A stretch of 64,000 nt of DNA from positions 1,116,001-1,180,000 of the forward strand of contig JBBPEB010000034.1 in NCBI GenBank assembly GCA_039096225.1, in the 5' to 3' direction. The translations under genes were made by a program, and so were the position numbers. Positions within the stretch are counted from its first letter, which is position 1; each line of letters starts with the position of its first letter. This document shows, piece after piece, positions 14,899 through 28,073 of this stretch. The notes beneath the pieces were generated by a model. It made no database searches, was not told the origin of the DNA, and saw nothing but the letters and a program-made list of their open reading frames with translations. The DNA comes from Blastocystis sp. Blastoise. Taxonomy: Eukaryota > Protista > Bigyra: Opalinata.

Positions 14899-15575
14899 CC
14901 CCTATCTTTAGCGTCGTCTCAGTCCCCTATGTGCACGTATTTGGCGTGTTTTACTTAAATATAAGAAATTAGATGAACAACAACTTTCCACTATTTCCAT
15001 GATTCCCCTGAAAATCACAAGATCTGTATATACAATATTATTTATTATTTATTAATTTATTATTTATTATTTATTAATTTATTATTTATATATCTAAAAT
15101 AAATATATTATTATTATATAGTGTATTGTATTACTTCAAAATGATCGTTTTGTTACGTTACAAGAAATCCCTAAGAAATCAGATCATCAACCCAATAGTA
15201 CGTTTTATTTGTGGGGGATTGATTTAACGGTCATTACTCGCTCGTTACTTGATATCTGTTATAATTGTTTATTAAATATCAAAATGAAAGAACGAAATGT
15301 TGTTGCTAATAATGCTGTATATATATATATAACTAGTTAACTATATTTAAATTATATACTACTAAATCTTCTGTTATTTTTATATTATAAGCAGACTATA
15401 TATATATTATTATTCTATTTTCTTTTCTTTTTAGGGTTTATATGATTTATTTGCTCGCAAGCTATTATCTGCTAAAGAAAAAGAGAGAATTGTAGAAATA
15501 GAGGAAAGTGTAAGAACCATGAATTATTCATGTATTACTCTAGATGGTATGGTCGCTCTATTAAGAGACATGTAA
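12154..15575 (+). CDS. RPC3: RNA polymerase III subunit RPC3 (C82/C62)
   Basis: N-terminal MSEIKIALEIVRENYGPLAEKMCKFMTRFG fits the RPC3 HTH. C-terminal ARIWRVLLKYKKLDEQQLSTISMIP and LQEIPKKSDHQPNSTFYLW match RPC3 motifs (LQEIPK..D..P..TFYL). About 12 exons, all GT-AG; stop TAA at 15573-15575. Confidence 0.9.
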
Positions 15576-16198
15576 GACAAATAATTTATATTGATAATAA
15601 TAATAATTACTATTATTATAACGACTACTCTTGATATTACTACTAATCTATACTGATTATCTTGTATTCCTATTATTAAACTAGAACTATTTTTTTTTTG
15701 GAATTTCTTTGATCCACATTTTTCATGAACAAATAAATTATTATGTTTTAAACTTATTTTGATGTTTTAATACTATTTAGTTTTGTAAAATTGTTCTATT
15801 TATAGGATTATAACCATATTAACTTTAAAACAATTATTCTATCATTTTTCAGTATATAAATGGAAATAGAATACCTATTTTGTATTTCGTCTCCTTTAAC
15901 TACTTCATTAATTAAAATACTTACTTGAATAACCCATGTTTACATTAATTCTCATTTCAAATATGTATCAATCATAGAATCTATACACAAACTCTTCACA
16001 TAATAACATAAAAAAACAAATAGTGCTTCACTTATTTTGATAAATAATAAATATTTTAAAGAATTGTCTGTATATATATATATGTTTAGTTATGTTTAAG
16101 TAATATATAAGTCCTCAATTAATCATAAATACTTTATAAATCAAGAAAATATATTTAAAAAACTCAATTTCTGTATATATTTTATATATAAAAATTAA

Positions 16199-16271
16199 AG
16201 CCTCAAGGGAGGATCGAACTCTCGACCTTTCGCTTACTAAGCGAGTGCTCTACCAACTGAGCTATTGAGGC
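16199..16271 (-). tRNA. tRNA-Thr(AGT)
   Basis: GCCTCAATAGCTCAGTTGGTAGAGCACTCGCTTAGTAAGCGAAAGGTCGAGAGTTCGATCCTCCCTTGAGGCT: cloverleaf with A/B boxes, anticodon AGT and a downstream T-run. Confidence 0.97.
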
Positions 16272-16765
16272 AATCTGATTTTTGTAATTATTCATTACAT
16301 TTAGATATAAGTTTACAATTCTATTCAATTGATGTATATAGGGTTAGGGTCATTTTTAAGAAATTCTTATAAACTTTGATAAAATGACTAAAACGCAGTT
16401 CATTTTATATTTGCGTTATTTCACACGTATGATTTCAATTATATTTATAAGTTTATTGAAAATAAAACAGTACATCTATTCCTGTCATTCATAAAATGGA
16501 TTCTGAAAGTTTATTCATAACTTTACTATCTTCAAATATTTTAGTATTATTACATTTCATCGAATTCAGTGTTCATAAGCAAGTTAAAGGAAAAGACTCT
16601 GTGTGAAAAATGAACAGGAATTATTATATTGTTGAATATTCATATTCAGTACACTTTATAATAAGCATCTATACAGAAATTTGAAGATATGTCAAAGAAA
16701 TAGAGACATTGAATGAATAACATATGTTGCAATTATGTATTATATGCAAGAAAATCTTGCAAATT

Positions 16766-16838
16766 GCCTCAATAGCTCAGTTGGTAGAGCACTCGCTTAG
16801 TAAGCGAAAGGTCGAGAGTTCGATCCTCCCTTGAGGCT
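16766..16838 (+). tRNA. tRNA-Thr(AGT), identical second copy
   Basis: Same 73-nt sequence on the + strand, followed by TTAATTTTT (Pol III terminator-like). Confidence 0.97.
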
Positions 16839-18549
16839 TTAATTTTTAACAACTAATAATTAAAAATTTTGTTTTAGCTCTAGAATACATATAATAAACG
16901 TAAGTTTTGTTGAATATTATAGTTAGAAGTCTCTGGAATAGATTGGCGAAATGTAGAAAATAATATATTGAAACAAAAATGTTCATCGAGAAAATGAAGA
17001 ATTATTTCAAGTAAAACTTGTCTGGAAATTAAATGGCAACAATACCAGTATCATGTAATAGTTATATTTCCAAAAATAGTGAATCAATGACAGAAAATAA
17101 GGATTTAATAAAAGATCAATTGTTTTCCATAAAAAAGTTTTATAAAAGAGTTTTGACATTACCTTAGTCTTTTTATTTATATTAAACATGTTAACAATTA
17201 TATTCTACCTTTTATAATAAAGATTTTTAACATTAATAAGAACAGATGGATTATATAATTCATCTATATCAAATAATCATTGCCACTAATATATCACATA
17301 CATATATCGAATAAGTGAATCAACAAAGAAAATAGATTTACATAGATTTGGGTTTCAGCAGTTGCCTAATCTACTAAATATATAGATAGTTATTATTGTT
17401 TCACATATTAGCCATTATTTTTTATAGAATTCGATTGTTTATAGGAAATAATAAAAAACAAAATGCAACATTGTTGTCATCATGTATTGTAAAACACTCC
17501 AACAATGTAAATACATGCGTAGAATGATTGTTAAAGTGCAAAAATAAATATATTATAAATTTATAAGATAAAACAATATGTTATAATACTTTATGAAGAA
17601 TTCAAATTTTTTATTCTTTGATTTTTTTTTTCTTTTTTTGGATTCCGTTGTTTTTTTACTCTATTGTTTGATTTTTATTTATTATTACGAATTTAGGACG
17701 CACAAATCAATATTAACGTATATTGATAAAAATCTTGTCAAACAATTCAATTTAGCAGCAGACTATGTTACTATGATTGCATTATTTTCGTTTAACTACT
17801 AAAATATATTGAAGCATATTATCAGACAAACGTTCAAAAATAGTAATATAACATTTTTTAGCGCTTTGTTTTAGAATTGTTTTAAAATTTGTTAAAAAAA
17901 AAATGTGCACTATTTACAAATACAAAAAAATTAAATCAACAGCATAAACATTTGCTTTTCAACATAAAATGTTTCTTATAAAATTATTTTTTCAATTAAA
18001 ACTCGATAAAAATGTATGCATGTATTTCATTATTCTTAAAATAAGTATACATATAGACTAATGAGAAAATTAACCCAGCATTGTTTTGTGAAACAATGGT
18101 CTTCTAATTCTAAAGAGTACAGTCATATTTCTATGTTTCTACGAACTCTTTCAAATGCTTAGACATTCTTAATTTCAACAAACTAGAGAATACAAATATT
18201 CTTCGTTTTATTTATCAATGTATGGTTTTTCATAAGACTATGAATGACGCAAATAGAAGAGAATTATGATTCCAAAAGAAAGGACTGAATTTTTTTTGTG
18301 ATTTTTCTTTTTTTTTCCGTCCATTAAAAGCATTTCAATAAACATGAATAATATGGAGTCTTTATTGGATCATAATTCGTGTTGATAAAGTTCGTCATAA
18401 ATAGGGTAACCAATGCTGAGAATTCTTCAGGCGACCAGAATTCTCGTCTTCCTATATTGTGTGGTAATGCTTAGGAAAGAAAATGATGGACATACAATTC
18501 TTGAATGATGATATAAATCTATATTTATTTTATGAATTCATTGCTTGAA

Positions 18550-21500
18550 ATGAAGTCTATTATATTCTTCTTGGCCTTATTTTCACTCTGTATATGACTG
18601 AATAATTGTATATCTATCTTTTCTTTTATCATCTAGGTATTGCGTGTGGAGTAGGTGAATATGAAATTATTATTAAAAAGGAGTACGTTATGTATGCTAA
18701 GGAAGAGCAATTCCAAATATGGAGAGGTGCTTCTGAGACTGGAGTACTTGTTGCTGCATATAATGGAACAGAAGCTGATAATAATTCTGTAAAGACACTT
18801 ACTGCCTGTACAAGTTCTGGTATGCATACGATTGTTCTTATGGATACTTTTGGTGATGGTTGGGGTAATGTCAATTATTCTCCTTATATTCTTGTTGAAT
18901 TAACTGGAATTACACTTATTAAAACAACATTACCCTATGCTAGTGGTTCATCTAATAAAAGAGCTGAAGTTACTTTTGTGGGTATATATTACTGTTATTA
19001 TTAGTTTATTATTTAAATATTTGTCTATTGTTTCTATTTTCTTTATTCTTCCAATATATATCTTTAATACATTAAAATTATAAAATAATAATCTTATACA
19101 TTCAATACATTATATATATATAGCACAAATCGATATACCATTTGGTCTTACTTGGAAATATACAGATATTCCTCAGTCGACTAATGATTGGAATACATTA
19201 TCATTTGATGATTCTACTTGGCAAACAGGAACTGCTGGTCAAATGCCTGATTTCACTTCTTCTATTCGTTATTATCGTTTATCTTCTTCTATAACTGATT
19301 TATCTCTTGTTAATACTATGTTCTTTTCTTTCTTAACAAATCATGCTTTTGTTATATATGTTCAAGGAACAGAAGTTACTAGAACTGGATTACCTACTGG
19401 TCCTATTACTTCTACTACTCTTCCTCTTACAACTCCTGAAGCTATGGCTATATATCAAAGTATTACTATTTATAAATATTTATTACCTCAAAGTGGTAAT
19501 TATATGATTGCTCTTGAAATTCATTTACCTCAACCTTCTTCAATGAATACAGATTCCTTTAATTTTGGAGGTGGTATAATGGGTCCAGGAAATACTAATG
19601 AATGCACAGATACACGTTTATTAAATGGAGTATCAACAGAAGTCCCTGAATCGGATTATTATTTCTATCCTGTTGGTTCTGCTTTTGATGGTAAATTAAA
19701 TACATATTATCGTAGTGTTGAAGGAGAAACTGCTGTATTAACTTATATGTTCCCTAAACAAACATCGGAACATTTCAATAGTTATGCTATTTGGAGTTCT
19801 CCTTCAAGTGCTTATGGTCATCCTAAATCATGGAAATTCTATGGTACTCCAGATGGTAATAATTGGAGTCTTTTAGATTTTAAAGAAAATATTAATTTTG
19901 GTGGTCAAGGTAAACGTCTTCAATTTTCTTTAAATGGTGTTACTCAAACATTTAAGGGAATTAAAATAGAAATCTTAAGTAGTTCTACAGGTACTAGTAT
20001 TACTTTATGTAATGTTGCTGCTCTTATTTGTAATTATCCTCGTTTTGTTGCAGGTATACATTATGAACCTAATGTTGCTAGTGGATTTGCCGGTATTGAT
20101 ACTATTTATCTTGCTCCTGCTACTAGTGGTTATGGTAGTTATACTATTACTCCTGCTCTTCCTCAAGGAGTTACTTTATCTGCTACTGGTATTCTTTCTG
20201 GTTCTCCTGCTACTGTTATTAATCAACAATATACTGTTAGTGCAACTTCTTTTAGTGATGGTCAAACCTATACTACTACTATTACTATTAATTATCAAGG
20301 ATGCAATGCTCCTGAAAATATTCAACTTCGAATGAGAAAGATTAATAAGAGTTATTCTTATGAAGATCGATTTGAAATACAATCTTCTAATGGTACTGTT
20401 CTCTTTACTTCTCCTACTTTTACAGATAATGTCGATTGGACATCTGCCTTATGTCTTCCTTCTCAAGTATTAACTTTAGTTACTTCAGATACCAAGTCTG
20501 ATGGTTGGGCTTATAATGCTGTGTTATATATTGATTTCTATGATTATAATGGTAATTATTATACTGTTGGTAAATATGGTAATGAACGAAATACTCCTTC
20601 TTCTTTCCTTATTAATGGTATATATACTCTTTCTCCTCAATCTTCTCAATGGAAATATACTCAAGGAACTGTTCCTACTAATTGGTATAGTACTACTGAA
20701 CCTTCTGGTTTCTCTGTTTTCCCTATGGCTTCTCTTCCTACTCCTACTTCTCCTCTATGGTTATTTAGACATACATTTACTATTACTAGTAAAGATGGAT
20801 TTATTGGATTTGATACTCGTGTTTTAGTAAGAGCTGGATTTGTTATTTATATAAATGGAAATGAAATCTTTAGACGTAATCTTCCTGAAGGAGATATTAC
20901 TAGTACTACAACACCTCTTGCTGGAGATCAAACTACTTCTGCTTTTGTTGTTACATCAACATTAGATAATCTTATTATTGGTACAAATACGATTGCTATT
21001 GCTATTGTCAATATGGCTAGTAATATACCAGAAAAAATATACTTTGATAGTTCTATTGTTCTTATTACTCCTTCTCCTCTTGGTAGAAATTGGGATATTA
21101 CTGTCACAGATGAACCATCTACTGGATTCGCTCATTATTTATTAGATGAAAACTATTATAATACATGGACTAATAAACCTAAAGATACTCGTGTCGTTAG
21201 TGTATTTGTGGATTATGGCACTCATAGAGCAGAATTTATTAATAAATATTGTTTTGTTTCTGCTATGGCTAATGTTGGCGGTATGGATCCCTCCGATTGG
21301 GCGGTATATGGTAGTAATGATCAAGGCGTCACACGTGCTTTATTAGGAAATGTGACAAATGCTTATTTTTCAGGTAGAAATGTTCAACGTTGTTTCTATC
21401 TTCCTAAGAATATTAAATCTTATTCTATGTATATATTTTATATGACTGAACCTGCTGATGCTAGTGCTCCTGTAATTGGATATACTTTAGCTGAAATGTT

Positions 21501-23664
21501 AATTACAAGTGAAGATCTTTCTCAATTAGTTATACCTCCTCTTAATTATATTATTACTAGTATTCAATCTTATGTAGGTGTTCCATTTACTGAAATGACT
21601 CCTAATAGTGATTTATATGGTAACTATCGTATAACACCTGCTTTAGAACTTCCTTTAGAACTCGATACTTCTACTGGTTCTATTCGTGGTATTCCTAATC
21701 TCCTAATGGCTGCTGCTCCTTATACTATTACTGCTACGGATCCTTTAGGACATGATTCCTCAACTACTCTTACGATCTCTACTGTTTATTGTACATCTCC
21801 TAATATTATGTTTATTGTAGCAATTCATTCTACTACTTATGCAAGAGAAACTGGATTTGTATTGAAGAATACTGAAGGTACAGTAATTGGTAAACAAAGT
21901 TCATTCTCCGATAATCAAGTGAGTTATTTCCCTTTCTGTCAACCTATAGGTATATATGATTTAACTCTTACTGATTCTGCAAATGATGGATGGGATGGTG
22001 GCTATGCACAAATCTTATTAGAAGATAATACTATTATGTTAACTTGTTCATTAGGTGAAAAAGAATCTCAAAACACATTCCGTTTATCAGCAGGTTATGT
22101 CATTCCTCCTCTTCGTGCAGAATGGAAATATTATAATAGTGGAACTTCTCCTGCTAATGGTTGGAATACTGTTTCATTTGTAGATACCAATTGGAAGATT
22201 AGTACTTCTGGTAATTATGAAGCTGCTAGTGGTATGACTCAATATTTCAGAAAGATGTTTACTATCGATGATATTACTCCTTATGCTTCTGCTGTATTTA
22301 ATCTACGTACAAAATATGGTATAATTGTATATTTAAATGGAGAAGAAGTATATCGTAATAATCTTCCTATAGGTATAGTTTCATATTCTACTTCTTGTAC
22401 TGCTGTTTCCTCTTCTATTCAACTTGTTGGTTCTTCTGTTTCTATTTCTTTTGGTCCTCTTGTTCAAAGTCAAAATGTATTAGCTATAGAAGTGCATAGA
22501 CATACTGTATCTCCTGATACTATAATAGATTTCGATGGTTCTTTATTATTAGTAGCTGATAAGAGTTGGAGAGTATTAGATGGTATTCCTAGTGCTGATT
22601 TAGGTACTGAAGAGGATGCTCATAAAGCATTTGATAATACTTCGGGTAGTGCCTATACTACAGGTCCTCGTTGTGAAGGTGCTACTTTAACTTGGACTTA
22701 TAATAATAATAGAAAAGAATATGTATCTTCTTATACTATTGTTACAGGTCCTAAATGTAATGCTCGTCATCCTTCTGCTTGGGAAATCCAAGGTTCTAAT
22801 GATGGTATTAATTGGTCTACATTAGATATCCGTACAAAACAATATTGGAGTATATATAGTCAAAAGAGAGAGTTTGATTTCTATAATAATCGTTCCTTTA
22901 ATGCTTATCGCTTTATTACTACTGAATGTGATAATAATGCTATTGATGGTACATATATGCCAACAGAAGAAAATTGTGATATATTTAATGGTAAACAAGG
23001 TTTTCAAATAGGTGAAATTGGCTTTTATGTAAAGAAAATAGAAGGTGCTTGTAATCCTACTGAAGATGGATATAGTGGTGCTTTAGAAGGTTCTTATGCA
23101 TTTAAAGATTGTAATGAGTTCTATTCTGGTAGAATTCAACGTTTATGTACAAGTGGTCAATTAGCAGAACCTATTGAGTATTGTTCATTAATGGCACCTA
23201 CTAAGATAGAATATACACCTAAACTTGCTAGTATCTATAAAGGTGACTTATTTGAAATGATTCCTAAAGTATATGCTGCTGAATTTAGTTGTACTATTAC
23301 TCCTTCTCTTCCTAATGGTGTATCTATGGATACACTTACAGGAAAGATTTCAGGAAAAACAACTGAAATATTTGAATCAAAGACATTTACCGTAACTTGT
23401 ACAAATTCTATTGGTTCTATCGATACAGAGATATTTATAGTTAGTAATGAGAAACCTGGTCTTCCTATTTGGGCATGGATAGTTATTGTAGTATTAGCTG
23501 TTCTTCTTATAGCTATTGTTTTATTCTGTATATTATGCAGATTAAAGTCAAAGAAGAATAAAGGACATTCTAAACTTGGTAATAAGAATAATCTTAAGAA
23601 TAAATCAAATACTACAACTACTATTGCTAATAAGGATGTTTCGGGTAAAACTGTAAAGATCTAA
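18550..23664 (+). CDS. Type-I membrane surface protein (~1,640 aa): three tandem modules of [DxxxDGW beta domain + WKY jelly-roll + F5/8/discoidin-like + He_PIG putative Ig], TM helix, basic tail
   Basis: Signal peptide MKSIIFFLALFSLCIA (exons 18550-18589, 18637-18981, 19124-23664). Motifs recurring three times: DTFGDGW/DTKSDGW/DSANDGW, WKY, PKSWKFYG/PSDWAVYGSND/PSAWEIQGSND, ITPALPQG/ITPALELP/ITPSLPNG. TM IWAWIVIVVLAVLLIAIVLFCILC. Confidence 0.85.
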
Positions 23665-24177
23665 ATGATAGTATGAATATCTTTGATTTTTATATAATTA
23701 ATATTTATGTTATTAATATTTATGTTATTAAGTTGCAATCATTGACAAAATGATTGTTATATGAAACTCAATGAATTGCTTTTCTTTTAACATAATTTTC
23801 ATATATATATATTTTTATAATTAGTTTTTTAATATTATATTTAGTCATAAAAAACAATTCTATTCCTTTTCTTTATAGTATTATATCTAGTTATGATTGT
23901 TTTTTCTATAGTTGTTTTTTATATTTTTATTTGAATTGTTGTTTTGTATATAAAGTATAAATGAAAATTATTTTTTGATACCAAAAATAATAATCAGAAT
24001 TGCAAAAAAAAATAGATGATATATTAAAAAAACAAAACGAATCAAGATTAAGAAAAAATAACGAGTAAAATATAAATAAACAAGCAAAAAAAATACCCCA
24101 AAAAAAAACAATACATTTTTCATAACATGACCAGTAATATATATAATGAATAGTATATAGAGATATAAACAAGAGCT

Positions 24178-27100
24178 TTATTGTTTAAGTTCTTTTATAA
24201 TGGATTCAATATTCACACTGTCTACTATCTTTCCATATTTTTCTATAATAAAGATAATAATAAAGATAATAATAAAGAAAATAATAAAGAAAATAATAAA
24301 GATAATATATATATATATACGTGTGAGTATATCTTGTTCAACAGCAACGAGAGGTTGGTCACAAGCATATATACATCGATTTAAATCTTCAGTCTCAAAT
24401 ACATATACATAACTAAATGCTTGTTTGAAGAGACTTCGAATAAAAGTATATATCTTTAAATTATGAGAAGAAATATTCACTAATAAAGCACCTAAAGAAA
24501 TTATATATATATATATATATATGTATATACCATTAGGAGTGAGATGTGATTTGATTAAACGGAGATAAGCAGGCTATATATAATAATAATATATATATAT
24601 ATATATAAATATAAATATAATAAACATAATAATAGATATAAAAATACTTGAATAAACTTTGTTGGTGGGAAAGTAATACCGCTATTTGCATCTTTATTAT
24701 CGATATCCATAATAATATAACGATAAGCAGCTGATTCAGGGAGGGATGTCACATGCTCGTAAGCATCTTTAACGTATACCATAACGTCAGGTAATTTGAA
24801 ATATTCTTTAGCTAACTATATATATTAATAAATTAGTAACATAATAATTATTAAATATATAACAATAATAAAATTACCCAAGTAGAATAGTATATATACA
24901 TCAACAACAGTGGAATCTATTTCTACAACATCTATAAGACTATGACCCTCAAAAGAAGTATTCCCCGCGGTAATTTCCTTAGTATAATTCTTTTGGAATT
25001 CTTTTTCTTCTTTTGTTAATAAATAGGTATATATAAATGAACAAAGGGCACCACCTCCGAGTCCCATGATTAAATAAGAATTCTTGCGGTCTTTTGAATC
25101 AAATTCATGAGGATATTGATTCATAATAATAGCACCTAACATTACTTTATATATATCAAAACATATCTCATCAAAATGGAATACTTGTTGCTTCTTCTTC
25201 TTATTTCCTGTTTTTTCAATTGTATAAATATATTCAGTTTGAATGGCGTTACGATTTCTGCCGAAAACCAAACGTCTCTTGTGAATAGTTTCTATAGTAA
25301 TATCTTCAACAATAATTTCACCTGTAAAACTACTATCTTTCTTAGCGATCTCAGTTCTATATATGTATATAATGACATATCAAAAATGAATCAAATGTAA
25401 TAATAACAATAAGAATTATATATATATATATATATACCTTTGTCCGAATTCCTCTGCTACTTGCATAAAAGGAATATTCTTATCTGCAGAAGTAGGATAT
25501 AACATTAATACAAAAGGAGTGACTTCAGATTTCATCACTTTAATATCTGTTGTATCTTTTAAGATATAAATCATAATCAAACGATCCACTTGGATTTGTG
25601 TTCCAATCTCCTCTAATCCTTGAGGGTTGTTGAAACTGTATTCCAATTCTCGACCAATAGGAACGAAAATAACAGCGAGTTTGAACACTGTTCTTGTACG
25701 GTCCCTCTGTTTCACATCATAGACACGTACTGTATAGGCAGGCTATATAATATATATAATAATATATATAATAATAAATATAATAATAAATATAATAATA
25801 AATAAAATAATAAATATAATAATAAATAAAATAATAAATATAATAATAAATATAATAATAAGTTAAATAAATATATTAATAAATATAATAATAAATATAA
25901 TAATAAATATAATAATAAATATAAATAAATATAAATAAATATAATAATAAACATAATCCTATATACCTTCTTTTTATTATCTATATATAGATCATCTTCA
26001 TATACATCTCCTTCTCCTAATGTTTGTAACTTGTATCGATTTTCATGAGCTTGCTGGGTTTGACTGATAACCGCGGGAATCTCTTCGTTCGTTATATAAT
26101 GACCCGTAGTGAAGTATATATGACGATAAGTAAGATCTTCAACACGTCTAGAAGGAATAAACAATAAATAAGGAAATCATAATTATATATATATAATATA
26201 ATAATAGTAATAATAAACATAAACATAATAAATATTAACATAATAAACATTATAATAAAAATATACCTAAAAGCATAAGAAGGTTCAAAACAAACATATT
26301 GATGATTTAAAGGATTAGGATTCGATTCCCCGCGGTTTTTCGAGTCAATAAGTATGTTTTTGACTTCATTTCCTCGTTTCATTGAGTTGATGAGGAAAGT
26401 GGAATATACTGGTTTTGTATATATACCCATAGAAGGAGAGAACAGAAACATGAATGGACAAGGAGCAGAAACATCATTCTTTGTAAATAACAAATAATAA
26501 CGGGAATACCAAGATTTAAAAAGATCTATATATATATATATATATATATATTATTATTATTATTATTAAAAAAATTGATTAAATATTTAACTAAATAATT
26601 AACTAAATAAAATACCAGAAACAAGACGAACAACATGTTTTTGAGCAAGGGTAATACATAAGTAATATCCAGTCTTTTTAGTGACTCGTTGAATTTCTTT
26701 GAAATATTTTGTTGTAGATTGGGTGTATTCATCTTCATCACTTGCATATACAGCATCAATAGTAGCCTAAAACATAAGAATATAAGAGAGCAATATATCA
26801 TAATGATGATACAAAGATATATATATAAACAAAAAAAAACAATATTTTTTTTGGTGAAAAATAATTATTTATTCATTGAAAATATAATTCTTTTATTATA
26901 TACCTTATCAATAACAAAATCAAATGATTCATTATCAAATCCCATATTCGTTGCATCCATAACTATGAACTTCATACCAGGATAACATTCATATTGTTCT
27001 TCCATTTTCTGAATAACAACTTCAGAGTAATCAATATTAGTGATATTATGATATCCAGCTTTGTACAATTGTTCAGAAAGGTTACTATTTCCGCAGCCTA

Positions 27101-27266
27101 CCATAAGGATTTTGTGTTGTCGGGACATATAAGGCGATATGATTTCTTTCATATCTTCCCAGTCTCCATACCAATCAAAGCTATCTTCCATAAACATAAA
27201 AGCACTATTCCAAAAACTTTTTGTAGCAAAATCGGTAATTTTATTTGGTATAAGTTCTGTTGCCAT
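24178..27266 (-). CDS. METTL13: eEF1A lysine and N-terminal methyltransferase (dual MTase)
   Basis: N-domain: FDWYG, ILMVGCGNSNLSEQLY, TNIDYSEVVI, FDFVIDKATIDA. Linker: AVIFVPIGRELEYSF. Spermidine-synthase-like C-domain: LIMGLGGGALCSF, IDVVEIDSTVVDLAKEYF, IIMDIDNKD. All introns GT-AG. Confidence 0.92.
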
Positions 27267-27410
27267 CTACGTAATATTTATTATCTACATATAAAAAGAA
27301 TAAAAAATATTCCCATACATATTTCCTTTTCTAGTGATCAAAAAACTTTATATTCACGAAACAATTTTCACTGTTTTTTAATTTTTTGTCGTGAATTTTT
27401 CTTGTTTTCT

Positions 27411-27651
27411 ATTGCCCAAAAATATTACGGTTTCCTTGAATGGCCACCAAAAAGACAGAAAATAAATCAACGGTTATTTCTTGAAAATTGGGTTTTTACA
27501 AAACTTTTCCACGACTTTTCATATTCCCATCGAATCCGAGTCCAATAGACATTTCCCTCGATTTAGACCAGAATAACCGTGATTCGTTCTCAACACTTTT
27601 TGACCTGAAAACAAAAAAGTTAACGGACGAACTGAATTTATTGAGGGCAAT
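27411..27651. other. Nested inverted-repeat element (candidate structured ncRNA or symmetric bidirectional promoter)
   Basis: Nested pairings: ATTGCCC/GGGCAAT, CAAAAAG/CTTTTTG, GAAAA/TTCTC, AAATC/GATTC, ACGGTTATT/AATAACCGT. GC is higher than in the flanks. Family not recognised. Confidence 0.4.
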
Positions 27652-28073
27652 GTTTCTTTTATTAAAAAAACATGGTTTGAATTCTTTGTAACCTTGATTT
27701 TTGTTTTTTTCCAAATGAAACTTTATATTTGAATAATTCATTGAAGATTTATTTTTCTTTCATTTTGATGATATTTTATGATGGACAGTATTGTCGAGAA
27801 CAACATTATGAAGTATTTTCTTGAAATTGTTTCAAAAAATATGTTTTCAATGTTCAATTTTAATTAATATGAGTTGTACAGTATAGCAGATGTGCTTATT
27901 TCACATAAAGACAAGAATAAAAACATAAAAATTAAGAATAATAAATAAAAAAATAAGACTTTTAGATAACCATGTTTATTCTCTTTAAACAATATTTTTG
28001 ACTTGTTCAAGTTGCTTTCTTACAAACTTATTTAAAAAACAAGGTTTAAAATTAGATTAAGAAATATTATAAG

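Noticed and set aside
17333-17520. Short inverted repeats (TAGATT/AATCTA; ACATTGTTG/CAACAATGT) as an H/ACA snoRNA
   Set aside because: No convincing H and ACA box geometry; such repeats are expected by chance in AT-rich DNA.
26994-27741. ORFs 26994..27548, 27488..27691 and 27496..27741
   Set aside because: Antisense to METTL13 or spanning the intergenic element, with no recognisable coding signal.
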